64,000 nt of DNA. Origin: Chiloscyllium plagiosum (Eukaryota). Positions within the stretch are counted from its first letter, which is position 1. The number at the start of each line of letters is the position of its first letter. The position numbers and the translations under genes are program-made. The DNA lies in NCBI RefSeq assembly GCF_004010195.1, contig NC_057720.1, positions 1,075,700 to 1,139,699 on the forward strand. The letters run 5' to 3'. Positions 1 through 12,780 of this stretch are shown here, piece by piece. The notes beneath the pieces are model-generated. The model saw nothing but the letters and a program-made list of their open reading frames with translations. It was not told the DNA's origin and ran no database searches.

Positions 1-582
1 TGAATCCTGATAGCGGAGATCCCATGGGTGTGCCGTTGGTTTGTTTGTAGGCTATGTTGTTGAAAGTGAAGTGGTGGTGAGGCACAGGTCCACTAGCTTC
101 ATGATGTTTTCGTTGGTAATGTGATTGATGGTGGTTGATGTGTGTGTGTGTGTGATGGTCTCCTCTTCTAAAAGTGTGGTAAGTGTTTCCTTTGCCAGGT
201 CGATGTTGATGGAGGTGAACAGTGCTGTTACGTCGAATGAGATCATTGCTTCGTCTTCCTCTATTTTGGTGTTTTTGATGATTTTTAGGAATTCCTGGGT
301 GGAGTGGATGGAGTGCTGTGACTCTTTTAGTAGGTATTTCAGCCTTGCGTGTAGTTCTTTGGCCAGTCTGTAAGTTTGTGTTCCGGGTAGTGGGACTATA
401 GGTCTGAGGGGGGGCTCCTGGTTTATGGATTTTTGGTAGTCCATAGAATCGTGGGGTGTTGGTCCCGTCTGGTTTCATTTTCTGGAATTCCGTCTTGTTT
501 AATTGTCCGGAATTGTGTAATCTTGTTTCCTAGTTGTGGGGTCGGGTCTAGCACCACCTGTTGATAGGTGTTGATGTCTGTG
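1..582 (-). mobile_element. Penelope-like element, inverted reverse transcriptase segment (degenerate, runs off the window)
   Basis: PPLRPIV...TYRLAKEL and MISFDVTALFTSI are Penelope-type RT motifs. Frameshifts are present. Confidence 0.88.
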
Positions 583-1182
583 ACAGAAATGACAGCCAGA
601 CGACTAAGACCCCTCGGAATCCTAGTAGCACACAAACCCACCAACACTCTCAAACAAAAACTAACAAACTTAAAAGACCCAGTACAACCCATGGACAAAA
701 CCAATGTCATCTACAAAATTCCATGCAAGGACTGCCACAAACACTATGAAGGACAAACAGGAAGAAAGTTAGCCACCAGGATACATGAACACCAGCTAGC
801 CACAAAATTCACGACCCTCTCTCCCTCGCAGTCCTACACACTGATGAAAAAAAACCACCATTTCGACTGGGACAACACATCTATCCTGGATCAGGCTAAG
901 TAAAGACATGCCAGAGAATTCCTAGAGGCCTGGCACTCCAACCACAACGCCATAAACAAACACATAGATCTAGATACCATCTATCAACCCCTCAGAAAAC
1001 GAACAGGAAATGACATCACCACAAACCCCAGGAACCCCATCCAGGAGAAAGATATAAAAAGAAAGCAGGAGACAACAGCTTCGCTTCACTTGGAGGTCAC
1101 CACTGATGATGTTACCTAGCCAGGTAATGAAACGTCTGGATATCAAACCTATAGCCCAGCGAGCAAACCTACACCCTAAACT
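583..1182 (+). mobile_element. Penelope-like element 3' part: GIY-YIG endonuclease plus pLTR/3' region
   Basis: NVIYKIPCKDCHKHYEGQTGRKLATRIHEH is the GIY-YIG motif with a CxxC insert. It is followed by a pLTR-like sequence also seen at about 46500-46605 and 58990-59188. Confidence 0.9.
1100..1139 (+). ncRNA. Minimal type I hammerhead ribozyme in the Penelope pLTR
   Basis: cca CTGATGA t gttacct agcc aggtaat GAAAC GTC tgg. Stem I is cca/tgg, stem II has 7 bp, stem III is the palindrome ACGT, and the cleavage triplet is GUC. Confidence 0.8.
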
Positions 1183-1294
1183 TTGAGAATACTGACAGCC
1201 TGGATAGAGTAGATGTAGAGATGTTTCCATTAGCAGGAGAGACTAGGACACAAGGACACAATCTCAGAGTGAGGGGGTGACCTGTTAGAACAGA

Positions 1295-1617
1295 GGGACA
1301 GCACAGCGGCCAGTACTGCTGCCTCACAGCACCAGGGACCTGGGTTCGATTCCAGCCTCGGGCGACTGTCTGTCTGTTTGCACATTCTCCCCGTGTCTGC
1401 GTGGGTTTCCTCCGGGTGGTCCAGTTTCCTCCCACAGTCTAAAGATGTGCAGGTCAGGTGAACTGGCCATGGTAAATTGCCCTCAGTGTTCAGGGTTGTG
1501 TAGGTCAGGTGTATTAGTCAGGGGAAATGTAGGGCAATGGGACTGGGTGGGGCGGTGTAGAGCTGTTAGGCCGAAGGGCCTGTTTCCACACCGTAGCAAT
1601 TCTAATTCTAATTCAAA
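1295..1617 (+). mobile_element. HE1-like tRNA-derived V-SINE inserted in a CR1 3' fragment (about 1183-1840)
   Basis: tRNA-like head (ctgcctcacagc...gggttcgattcc B box), V-domain tgcgtgggtttcctccggg...tttcctcccacagt, and an (aattct)n tail. Confidence 0.8.
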
Positions 1618-2749
1618 TAAAGATGAGGCGGAAGTTTTTCAGCCAAGTGGGGTGAATCTGTGGAACTCACTTCCATCGGGGCTGTGGAGGACAGGTCACT
1701 GACTGTGTTCAAGACAGAGATCAATAAGCTCTTGATTGTGAAGGGTTACTGAAGAATGGGATTGAGGAGCATGATGGAATGGCAGAGCAGACCTGATGGG
1801 CCAAACGGCCTCATTCTGCTCCTTTATCTTCTGGTCTTAGAGTCAGGCAGGCTACTTATCCCCTATTGGATTTTAATTAGTTATTTTATGTCCATTCTCC
1901 TACAAATGAAAACATTTTCTCCATAACTACACTGTCAAATATTATTTTAAAGACTGCTACCTGCTCCCCATAATGTCTTCTTTTGTTGCAATTGGAAAAA
2001 ACTCCAATCTCATTCATCTATGGCTGCACAGGACACTGGGCTTTACATAGAGAGGTACACAGAGTATAAAATCAAGCAAGTACTTTACCTTTTACAAATC
2101 ACTGCTGAGACCCTCAGCTAGACAATTATATCTACTCATTATTCTTTAGGAAGGACGTCAAGAACATGGATAGTGTCCCAGGAAATTCACTGGAATGGGA
2201 GCAGGGATGAGGATCTTCAGTGAATGTGGACAGACTGGGAGAAGTTGGGATTGTTCTTCTTAAAGCAGAGAAGGTTCCGGGAGGTTTAATTGAGGTGTTC
2301 AAAATCATGAAGAGAGGGACAGGAGGTCAGTGACCAGAAGGACACAGATTGAACGGAGTCAGTAAAGACTGAGGGGTTTTTTGTAAAAATGAGTTGCTGG
2401 GATCTGGAACTTGCTGCCTGAAAGGGCAGTGACAGCAGATCCAATCATAACTTTCAAAGGGGAATTGGAGAAATATTGGAAATAGTCAAGTTTGGAGGCT
2501 GTGGGGAAACAGTGGAGGGCTAGATTAATTAGACAGTCCTTTAAAAGAATGGCACAGACACAATGGGCTGTCGATGTGGGAATGCGGGAGATCTTACCAC
2601 TTTCGAGCTCTGATGCTACAAGTTGGTTTTGAGAGATTTGTTCATGTCGCAGTGTACAAGACTGTTAATTAACCCAAGAATCTTTCCATTAATACACACT
2701 GTTCACTGGTATGAAACATTCCTGAAACAACTACATCATTGAGACTAAC

Positions 2750-3000
2750 CCTCCTTGGAACTTCCGTCTTGGGTCCTGGCTGGTGAACTTTGACCTTCAT
2801 GCATTCTCTCCTCTTCAACTGAAGATTCAGCCGTCATTGCTTCTTCCTGACTGGTCTCCCCACTGGCATTCACTACAGTTAACTTGTCTCTGTCTTCCGT
2901 CAGCTCCCACTTTTCTTTCTCCACTTCCTTCACCACTTCTTCCTTCACCCTTTTCGAAGGTGGTGTGGGTTTCTTATCCAAACCCATGGCGATAATACAC
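2750..3000 (-). CDS. ERICH3: ERICH3 coding exon, about 251 bp: (R)CIIAMGLDKKPTPPSKRVKEEVVKEVEKEK...; start of the Glu-rich region
   Basis: Acceptor cttctgtcag in phase 2 continues PCYR|CIIAMGLDKKP. The 3' boundary is assumed at donor G|GTTAGT (2749); otherwise there is an in-frame TAG at 2747-2745. Confidence 0.85.
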
Positions 3001-3710
3001 CTGACAGAAGAGACGGGACAGAAAGACTCGGGTAGTTATCTGGGAAATACAAACGCTTTCTGCGGGAACAGAATTCCAAAATTCTACTTCTCTTTAGGGG
3101 AATAAGTGCTTCTTGACATCAGCCCTAAACAGTTGGCTCCAATTTTAATATTTAGCCTCCTGCTTACGGGCTTTCAGGAAGTAGTTCCTTATGAACGGTG
3201 GGTAAGGCTTGATATGAACACAAATTAGGAGCAGCAAGGCTGGCCCTTCCAGTCAAGAAGATCCTGGCTCATTAATCAACTACATTCCTGCCCACCCCTG
3301 ATAATCTTCTCTACCATTCCACAACACTCCACCACCCCTGGCAAGAATCTGTCCACCAACACATTTAAAATATTCAAAGACTCTGCTTGCGTTGTCTTTT
3401 GGTGAAATGTTGTAATTTTGTTGCTGTAGATTTCTGTACAGTATGACTCTACATATGGCTCAAGGGGCTTATTATTTACCTTCCGGTCATAATATGGCAA
3501 CAATTATTTAGGTGTACTATTTATATCAGAGCTGTTCTTTAGCGTGATGGGGCTGGATGTCCAGTCACAAAATGACCACTGCTGCACCGTGTATCACAAC
3601 AGGGACTACACTTCAAAGTGATCCATTTCTGATAACATTACAGCACCCAATGTCTCCGTGCAGAGAGACTTTGGAGGGGGATGTGTTACCAAGATGGGAT
3701 CTTACCCTAC

Positions 3711-3897
3711 CTGTAACATGGGGATGCCCCGTCCAAATCCACAAAAGCAAAGTAGGCTTGCTTGCCGCCAAGCCGGGAGCCCTTGCGGTGCTTATACTCG
3801 CAGCAGGAGCTCAGGCGGTTCACTTGGATGCCGTTCAGGAAGAAGGTCAGGCTGAAGGGGAAACCCAAGTGTCGGCGGGACACAAACTGGAATTTCT
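3711..3897 (-). CDS. ERICH3: ERICH3 coding exon, 187 bp, DUF4590: EKFQFVSRRHLGFPFSLTFFLNGIQVNRLSSCCEYKHRKGSRLGGKQAYFAFVDLDGASPCY(R)
   Basis: Acceptor ggtttccag, donor GTAGGG, phase 1-2. Near identical to ERICH3 GFPFSLTFFLNGMQVNRLSSCCEYKHRKGSRLGG. Confidence 0.96.
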
Positions 3898-4349
3898 CTG
3901 GAAACCAACAGAGGACCAAGTTTTAAAACATTCGCACAGCTATTATCATATAAAACAGAACATCTAACAGAGTTTAATCGAATAACATTGGATCTGAGCA
4001 ACAGAAGGAGGCCATTCAGCCCGTTCCAACATTTGCAGCTATGTTTCCCCCCGGTGAGGGAGCCGAGTACAAGGGGCATTGGAATAAGTGCACGGAGGCT
4101 GGTATCCTGTCACTGAGTCACCCTTTATCTACATGTACACAGTAGATTGGCTGTGGCCAGCCAGCTCAGAATCACTCCCCCAAAGTGAGGAGACTCTGAT
4201 CTCCTATTTCTATCTGTTATCCAGGGCTCCCTGATTGACCAAGCAAGGTTCCAGTCACTACAGGCAGAACTCCGAATAAGAGTCAGGCTGTTCAAGGGGT
4301 GATGCCAGGAAGCACTTCATTACACAAAGTGGTAATGGGAATATGGAAG

Positions 4350-4712
4350 GGGATATCACTGGATTGGTAATTCAGAGGTCCAGGTTAAAATTCTAGGGAC
4401 ATGAATTCAAATCCCACCCCAGCATCTGGTGGAACTTGAATGGAATTAATAAATGTGGAATTGAAAGCTAGTCTCACAGATGATCATAATATCATCATTT
4501 CTGATTTTAAAGCCGATCAGGTTCATTACGTTTTTTAGGAATGGAAATCTGCCACCCTTACCTGGTCTGACCTACTTGTGACTCCAGCTCCATAGCAATG
4601 TGGTTGACCCTTACCTGCCCTCTGAAATGAGTGAATAAGACATTCAGTGTTCGGGCAAGCAGGGATGGGCAACACACGCTGGCCTTGCCACTGACTCCCA
4701 AATCCCAATAAC
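4350..4712 (+). mobile_element. tRNA-derived SINE sharing a LINE-type 3' tail (diverged copy)
   Basis: Homologous to 30583-30957: ttcaaatcccacc head, ggaaatctgccacccttacctggtctg core, gggatgggcaa...gctggcc tail. Confidence 0.65.
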
Positions 4713-5614
4713 AAACAGAAAAAGGAGCTCAAATGGGTGAATACAAATGAGGACAGATGAGTCACAACTTGACTGAAGGGCTGAATAGCCTCCTTTTCCT
4801 GTTTCTTAGCCTCCAATCTACAGTCTAACCAATGTGGATATCCATTGCAAGTTCACGCAAGACACAGAAGAGATCCAAGCAACTGTTTGGCCAAATTCTT
4901 AGAATCAGAAAATCTTGCAGCATAGGAGGAGGTCATTTAAGCCCACGTGTTTGTGGGGTTCTTTGTAAAAACCTACCAATAGTTTCATTTCCTGTTCTTT
5001 TCCCATTGCCCAGATTTGCACTTTATGTGTTGAAACATTTCTGTTTTGAAAGCTATTATTGAATCTGCTTCCACATTTCAGCCTGCACCTTCCAGATCCC
5101 AACAAGTGACTGTAAAACAATCACCTCCCTGTCTGGGGCTTTTCCTGATTCACTTCAATCTGTCTCCCGCTGCTCCCTCACTCTCCTGCCCCTGATTTAT
5201 CTGATCAAAACTTTGTGATTTTGAATAGCTCCACGAAGTCTTCCTTGTATCGAGGGACAAATATTTATCATCAAATAATTATTGATATTTATCGATCGCC
5301 ATCACTAAATCTATCACCCTTATTGTTATTAAACTTTGTTTTCTTTATTGTTTCATGGGTTATGGGAGTCACTGATATCCCAAATTGCCTTTAAACTTGC
5401 TGAGTCACCTCAGAGGGTAGTTAAGAGTTAACCAGCTTGTGCTTTAGGACTGGAGTCATATGGGCCAGATTCACCCTCTCTGAGTGAACCACAACAGGTT
5501 CTTCTAACAATGATCATTGACATTGCCACCAATACTGACACTAGCTTTCAATTCCAGATTTATTCATTAATTTCATATTCTACCAGCTGCCATGGTAGAA
5601 TTTGAACTGGCCAA

Positions 5615-5744
5615 GGAAAAGTGAGGACTGCAGATGCTGGAAATCAGAGTCTAGATTACAGTGGTGCTGGAAAAGTACAGCAGGTCAGGCAGCATCCGAG
5701 GAGCAGGAAAATCAACATTTCAGGCAAAAGCCCTTCATCAGGAC
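5615..5744 (-). mobile_element. Short hammerhead-bearing non-autonomous element (family B)
   Basis: The minus strand reads cCTGATGAagggcttttgcctGAAAtgttg...tgctgcctgacctgctg...gcatctgcagtcctcac. It has a 12-bp TSD, tgaactggccaa, at 5603-5614 and 5745-5756. Confidence 0.75.
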
Positions 5745-6099
5745 TGAACTGGCCAAACCTCTCGATGACCAGTCCCCAGTGAGATTATCACCATGCCATC
5801 AGCACACCCCTTCTGTGCGGGAGTGACTGCTGTGCATTGCTGCATTATCCACATTAAAGCGACTACACTTCAAAAGTCCTTTATTGACTGTAAACCCTTT
5901 CTGTGGATGTGACAGGCACAATGGAAATGCAGGACAATCCCAGGTTCTTCTATCTCTCCACTGAAGTCCCTCAACTCCACTCCCATTCCAGTAAATCGCT
6001 TCCGCAAACCTCTCCAAGGTCTATATTGAGATTTAATATTGCTGATAGAACTCACATCTTGAAGGATTGTGAAGACAGGATTTCATTTCAGGTTTTGTA

Positions 6100-7390
6100 G
6101 ACATATACAGTCCTAGAGATGTACAGCATGGAAACAGACCCTTCGGTCCAACCCGTCCATGCCAACCCGATATCCCACCCCAATCTAGTCCCACCTGCCA
6201 ACACCCAGCCCATATCCCTCCAAACCCTTCCTATTCATATACCCGTCCAAATGCCTTTTAAATGTTGCAATTGTACCAGCCTCCACCACTTCCTCTGGCA
6301 GCTCATTCCATACACGTACCATGTGAAAACGTTGCCCCTTAGGTCTCTTTTATATCTTTACCCTCTCACCCTAAACCTATGTCCTCTAGGTCTGGACTCC
6401 CCCATCCCAGGGAAAAGACTTTGCCTATTTATCCTATCCATGCCCCTCATAATTTTGTTAACCTCTAAAATGTCACCCCTCAGCCTCCGACGCTCCAGGG
6501 AAAACAGCCCCAGCCTGTTCAGCCTCTCCCTATAGCTCAAATCCTCCAACCCTGGCAACATCCTTGTAAATCTTTTCTGAACCCTTTCAAGTTTCACAAC
6601 ATCCTTCCGTTAGCAAGGAGACCAGAAATGCACACAATATTCCAAAAGTGGTCTCATCAATGTCCTGTACAGCTGCAATGTGACCTCCCAACTCCTGTAC
6701 TCAATATTCTGACCAATAAAGGAAAGCATACCAAACGCCTTCTTCACTATCCTATCTACCGGCGACTCTTCTTTCAAGGAGCTATGAACCTGCACTCCAA
6801 GGTCTTTTTGTTCAGCAACACTCCCTAGGACCTTACCATTAGTGAGTTAGTCCTGCTCTGATTTGCTTTTCCAAAATGCAGCACCTCACATTTATCCATA
6901 TTAAACTCCATCTGCCACTCCTCAACCCACTGGCCCCTCTGATCAAGATCCCTTTGTAATCTGAGGTAACCTTCTTTGCTGTCCATGTCCAATTTTGGTG
7001 TCACGTGCAAACTTACAACTGTATCTCCGATGTTCACATCCAAATCATTTACACAAATGAGGAACAGTAGTAGACCCAGCACCGATCCTTGTTGCACACC
7101 ATTGCTCACAGGGCTCCAGCCTGAAAAGCAACCCACCACCACCACCCTCTTCTACCTTCGAGACAGTTCTGTATCCAAATGGTTAGTTCTCTCTGTACTC
7201 CATGAGATCTAACCTTGCTAACCAGTCTATCATGAGGAACCTTGTCAAACGCTTTACTGAAGTCCATATAGAACACCTCCACCTCTCTGCCCTCTTTGTT
7301 ACTTCTTTAAAAAACTCAATCAAGTTCATGAGACAAGATCTCCCATGCACAAAGCCATGCCGACAATCCCTAATCAGTCCTTGCCTTTAT
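6100..7390 (-). mobile_element. CR1 LINE, 5'-truncated (RT C-terminus and 3' end)
   Basis: GVQQGSVLG, LEYCVHFWSP and LERVQKRFTRMLPGLE motifs in broken frames, plus the CR1 3' tail. Confidence 0.9.
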
Positions 7391-7837
7391 ATCTGGAGTA
7401 GTTTATTTTGAAGAAAAAGTTCATTGCGAACACTGGAGATACTTTCTTTTTAAAAAAAAAGACTTCTTAGAACGTCCACAATAACTGCTTGCTGCTGTGT
7501 TGTACACCCTACTGGGTTTGTTTTGAACTACAGTTGGGTTGGAGAAGTTCTTGTTTTATCTGGTGCAGCTGGAGAGAGGCCTGCTAAGAACAAGTTGCCT
7601 CTCAGGAAAGCTTGCTATGATTGGCTGATCACATCCATCGCCGTAAAAAGTCCCTTTGCATCAATTCAGATTAAAACCTGTTTGTTCATTTGAAACAGTG
7701 ATTGGTGGAACGTTACAAGCCTGCATTTCCCGAGTAAGCTATGTCTGTAAGCTGTCAGAGACAACTCTACGTGATCAGTAACAAATACATGTGCTGGATC
7801 TTCACAGCAACACCCTTGGGAAAAGACTACACCGGAT

Positions 7838-8146
7838 CTTAGATTTTAGATTACTTATAGTGTGGAAACAGGCCCTTTGGCCCAACAAGTCCACACCGCC
7901 CCGCCGAGGCGCAACCCACCCATACCCCTACATTTACTCCTTACCTAACACTACGGGCAATTTAGCATGGCCAATTCACCTGACCTGCACATCTTTGGAC
8001 TGTGGGAGGAAACCGGAGCACCCGGAGGAAACCCACGCAGACACGGGGAGAATGTGCAAACTCCACACAGTCAGTCGCCTGAGGCGGGAATTGAACCCGG
8101 GTCTCTGGCGCTGTGAGGCAGCAGTGTTAACTACTGGGCCACCACA
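7838..8146 (-). mobile_element. HE1-like V-SINE, nearly complete
   Basis: tRNA head, V-domain and tctaa tail. Nearly identical to 36697-36898. Confidence 0.85.
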
Positions 8147-8686
8147 TCACCCATGATATAGAAAGCATCAGCTAAAGGGAGTGGATTTCTGTGTATCCTT
8201 TTCCTTTCAAGGATAAGTCATTGGCCAAAACGCTTTTCCTCTGAAAGCCCATCTTCGCAGGGTAATCAGTTTCTTGTTCTGTTTTTCTGAGGAGAGTATA
8301 TCTGTATATCCTAATAATAAGCATTTATACTTCCATATTACTGTCTGGGGCACATTAACCAATTCTTGATCCTTTATTGAATAAGTTTTTTTTGCATTCT
8401 CAACACAATTGTCCTCATGATGAAAATTGGCTGATAGATTTATTTTATTTAAAACTGGAGATTGGTAAGGTCTGGATTAGTCATCTTGGTAACTAGATGA
8501 GAGTATTTTTGTTTTACATTGCGTGCTGGGGAATAGTGGGACAGCAGAGATAGTGCAGCCTTTCTGCCTTGGTTTTAGTAAAAGTTTTGACCAAAACTGA
8601 TTGTCAAGAATTTTCCTTTTCCAAGCTTCAATACTGAAAATGAAATGAAGATGGACACGATAGAAGAATGCTTTTTTCTAATTCAC

Positions 8687-8867
8687 CTGCTTCGAGAAGC
8701 TTCCCTTTGTAGACGCACAGGTTTTCGCCGCCGCAGTGCTGTTGGTGAACCTTGACCTCATCCCTGGCCTCTGCCTGGTCATACGAGAGATGTAAGTGTT
8801 TCCCACGGTAAACCATCGTGACCAAGACATTGCTGTGTGAGACAGCTCGGTGTGACTTTGGAATCTC
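8687..8867 (-). CDS. ERICH3: ERICH3 coding exon, 181 bp, start of DUF4590: EIPKSHRAVSHSNVLVTMVYRGKHLHL...RDEVKVHQQHCGGENLCVYKGKLLEA
   Basis: Acceptor gttgtag, donor GTGAAT, phase 0-1. QQHCGGENLCVYKGKLLE is the conserved ERICH3/DUF4590 motif. Confidence 0.95.
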
Positions 8868-9144
8868 CTACAACAATAACTAGGATTTAAACTGCAGAAT
8901 GAAGATCAGCACCACCATTACTGCCAATCAGTTAGGGTGGTACCTATGACTTTAGCTTAATCAACAACCACAGTAAAAGAGTAACACTGGGAAATTACCA
9001 ATTGTGAGAAAGTTTATAGCTCATGGAATGAAAGGGACATTAGCAAAATGGATGTGAAATTGGCTGGTGGTGGGAAACAGGGAGTGGTTCAACAGTGAAT
9101 AATGGATGTTTCTCAGACTGCAGGACAGTTTCTAGTAGAATTCT

Positions 9145-9361
9145 GTTGAAACTTTATTGCTGGAACAGCACAGCAGGTCAGGCAGCATCCAGGGAACAGG
9201 AGATTCGACGTTTCGGGCACAGGCCCTTATTCGGGAATGAAGAAGGGCCTGTGCCCAAAACGTCGAATCTCCTGTTCCCTGGATGCTGCCTGACCTGCTG
9301 TGCTGTTCCAGCAATAAAGTTTCAACTTTGATCTCCAGCATCTGCAGACCTCACTTTCTCC
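9145..9361. mobile_element. Head-to-head inverted pair of hammerhead-bearing family B units
   Basis: About 88-bp inverted arms (9145-9232 and 9238-9326) plus tail. 14-bp TSD tctagtagaattct at 9131-9144 and 9362-9375. Inserted in an old CR1 remnant. Confidence 0.8.
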
Positions 9362-9654
9362 TCTAGTAGAATTCTCCAAGGGTCAAGGTACTTTCTCTGA
9401 TGTACTTTTATGACCTAGACTTTGGTGTACAGGCCGCAATTTCTATCTCTGGGAATGATATGAAATTTAGAAACACAAAGTTATCAAGAGGGCTGTGCAG
9501 AATGTCAAGGGAAGCTGGCTCAGTGGGTGGGTAACTGGCAGATGAAGTTCAATTCAGGGAAGTGAGAGATGCTACATTTTGAGAGGAAGAACCTGAGCAA
9601 ATCAATATAAAACTAAACAAGGAATACTATTTTAAAGGGGGTGACTGCATGTTT

Positions 9655-11190
9655 ATAAGACCATAAAGGCAAAGGAGCAGAAATTAGGCCATTCAGCCCA
9701 TCAAGTCTGCTCCACCATTCAATCATGGCTGAAATGTTTCTCAACCCCATTCTCTCACTTTCTCCCCATAACCATAAGTACTTGATTGTCAAGGGGACCA
9801 ATCTATCTCAGTCTTAAATATACTCAATGACCTGGCCTCCACAGCCTTCACTGGCAATGAATTCCATCGATTCCCCACTCTCTGGCTGAAGAGGTTTCTC
9901 CTTACCTCCGTTCCACAAGCTATTCCCTTTACTCTAAGGCTGTGCCCTCAGGTCCTAGCCTCTCCCACCAATGGAAACATCTTCCCAACATCCACTCTGT
10001 CCAGGCCATTCAGTATTCTGTAAGCTTCAATTAGATCCCCCCCCCCACCCATCCTTCTAAACTCCATCGAGTATAAACCCAGAGTCCTCAAACCTTCCTC
10101 GTATTTCAAGCTTTTCATTCCTGGGACCATTCTCGTGAACTTTCTCTGAACATGCTCAGGGCCAGCCTGAGATCCTTTCTGAGATATGGGGCCCAAAACT
10201 ACACATAATACTCCAAATGTGGTCTGACCAAAGCCTTACAGAGCCTCAGAAGTACACGCCTGCTTTATATTCAAGTCTTTTCAAAATAAATGCCATCATT
10301 GCCTTTGCCTTCCTAACTACTGACTCAACCTGCCAGTTTACATTGAGAGAATCCTGGGCTAGAATTCCCAAATCTTTTTGCACTTTAGACTTCTGAATTT
10401 TCTCCCCATTTAGAAAATAGTCTGTGCCTCTATTCTTCCGGCCAAAGTGCATGACCTCACACTTTCCCATGCTGTACTCTATCCACCACTTCCTTGCTCA
10501 CTCTCCTAACCTGTCCAAATCCTTCTGCAGTCTCCTCGCCTCCTCTATGCTACCTATTCCTCTACTTATCTTTGTATCATCTGCAAACTTACCCAGTTCC
10601 TTCATCCAGATCATTAATGTATAAAGTGAAAAGTTGTGGTCCCAACACTGACCCTTGTGGAACACCACTTGTCACCGGCTGCCATCCTAAGAAGGACCCT
10701 TTTATCCCCACTCTCTGCTTTCTGCCAGACAGCCAAGCTTCGATCCATGCTAGCACCTTGCCTCTGACACCATGGGCCCTTATCCTACTCAGTAGCCTCT
10801 TGTCAAAGGCCTTCTGGAAGTCCAGGTAGATAATATTCATTGGTTCTCCTTGGTCTCACCTGCTCTTTGCATCCTCAAAGATTGTCAGGTATGACCTCCC
10901 CTTGATGAAACCATGCTGACTTTGTCCTATTTCACCAGACACTTCCAAGTACTCAGAAATCCTTTCCTTCTCAATAGATTCCAGGATCTTACCCACATTT
11001 CCCATCTTTTGCCTTACTCCCTTTTTGATTCCCTTTGTGATTTTTCAAGTCCTCTAGGACTCTCCCTGATTCTAGTGATTCCTGAGAGATCACCACTAAC
11101 GCCACCACTATCTCTTCAGCTATCTCCCTTAGAACTCTGGGGTGTAGTCCACCTGATCCAGGTAATTTATCCACCTTCAGGCCATTCAGT
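9655..11190 (-). mobile_element. CR1 LINE fragment (different subfamily), RT to 3' end
   Basis: [23 protein letters not shown] and KCEVMHFGRKN motifs. Confidence 0.85.
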
Positions 11191-11689
11191 TTTTCTAGTA
11201 CCTATTGCTATGTATACACATCATTAACAGTGACAGGGTGGTATGAGAAGACTGTTAATAAAGCTTCCAGCGTCCATTATTAACAGGGGCACAGAGCACA
11301 AGAATGAGGAGGTATATAAACTTGTATAAAACCATAGTTCGGCCTCAACTGAGTATTGTGTTCAGTTCTATGCACAGAACTGAAGGATGTGAAGACATTT
11401 GAAAGAGAGCAGAAAAGATTTATAAGGATGGACCAAGGAATAACTTCAGCATGCAGACCAAGTGGCAAAGTTGGGTTTACTCCCTGGAGGGGTTGAGAAG
11501 GGAGTGTTCAAAGTTGTGAGGGGTCCAGGGTGAAAGGATCGAGAACAAGATGATGCTGATTTAACAGTTTCTGGCAAAAGAAACAGTGATACAAGGAAAA
11601 CCATTTTCACACAGTAAGTGGTTTGGAATGCTCGGTCTAGGAATGTAATGGAGACAGATTCAATTGAGACATGCAAGAGGCCTTTAGAT

Positions 11690-12780
11690 GATGGAGTCAT
11701 ACAGAATGGAAACAGATCCTTCAGTCCAACCCATCCACGCCGACCAAGTTTCCCAGAATAAACTAGTTCCATTGGCTTGTGTTTGGCCCAATTCCCTCTA
11801 AACCATTCCTGTTCACGTATCTGTTCAAATGTCTTTGAAATGTTGTAAATGTACCTGCATCCAACACTTCCTGTGGAAGTTCATTCCACAGACAAACCAC
11901 TCTCCTTAGGAAAAGCAGCCCCTCATGTCCTATTTAAATATTTCTCCTCTCTCCTTAAAAATATGCCTAGTTTTGAACTCCCCTACTCTCGGAAAAAGAT
12001 CTTTGCTCTTCATCTTATCTATGCCCCTCGATTTTATAACTCCACAACCTCCTACATGCCAATGAAAAAGACCTGGCCTATTCAGTCACTCCTTATAATT
12101 CAAATCCTCTAATCCCAGAAATATCCTTATAAATTTTTTCTGCACCCTCTCCAATTTAAAAATATCCTTCCTATAGCAGGGTGACTGGAACTGTACAGGG
12201 TATTCCAAAAGCAGCCTCACTACCATCCTACATAGCTGCAACATGATATCCCAACTCCTTTCGTCAATGGTCTGAGAACAAGGAAGGCACGTGTACTAGA
12301 TGCCTTCTTCACCATCCTGTCTACCTGTGATGCCACTTTCAAGGAGCTATGTACCCAAACCCCAAGGTCTCTGCTTGACACACTCACGGCCCTACTGTTT
12401 ACTGTGCAAGTCCTGCCCTGGTCTGTCTCATCAAAATGCAACATTTCACATTTATCTAAATTAAACTCCATCTGCCACTCCTTGGCCCACAGACCCAATT
12501 AGTCTTAGAGTCATACAGCACCGAAACAGACCCTTCGGTCCAACGTTGAACATAATGCCAAATTAAACTAGCCCCACCTTCCTGTTCCCCACCTGCTTAT
12601 ATCCTTCCAAATCTTTCCTATCCATGTACTTATCCAAATGTCTTTTGTATGTTGTAATTGTACCCACATCCACCACTTCCTCAGGAAGTTCATTCCACAC
12701 ACGAACCACCCTCTGTGTAAAAGATTGGTGCAGGCTCGATGGGCCAAATGGCCGCTTTCTGCATTGTAGGGATCCTATGA
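11690..12780 (-). mobile_element. Stacked CR1 3' fragments
   Basis: WQMEFNLDKCEMLHF and FTQRVVRVWNELP motifs, with two separate 3' tails. Confidence 0.75.

Noticed and set aside
2598..2661. Possible extra ERICH3 micro-exon (aacag acceptor, GTAAGA donor)
   Set aside because: It is open only in phase 0, but the upstream donor is phase 1, which gives a TGA. No recognisable homology.
8080..8146. tRNA gene
   Set aside because: The tRNA-like A/B boxes belong to the SINE head and are followed by the V-domain and LINE-type tail.
7450..8575. Possible old LTR interrupted by the SINE at 7838
   Set aside because: Termini and TSD could not be defined from the sequence.
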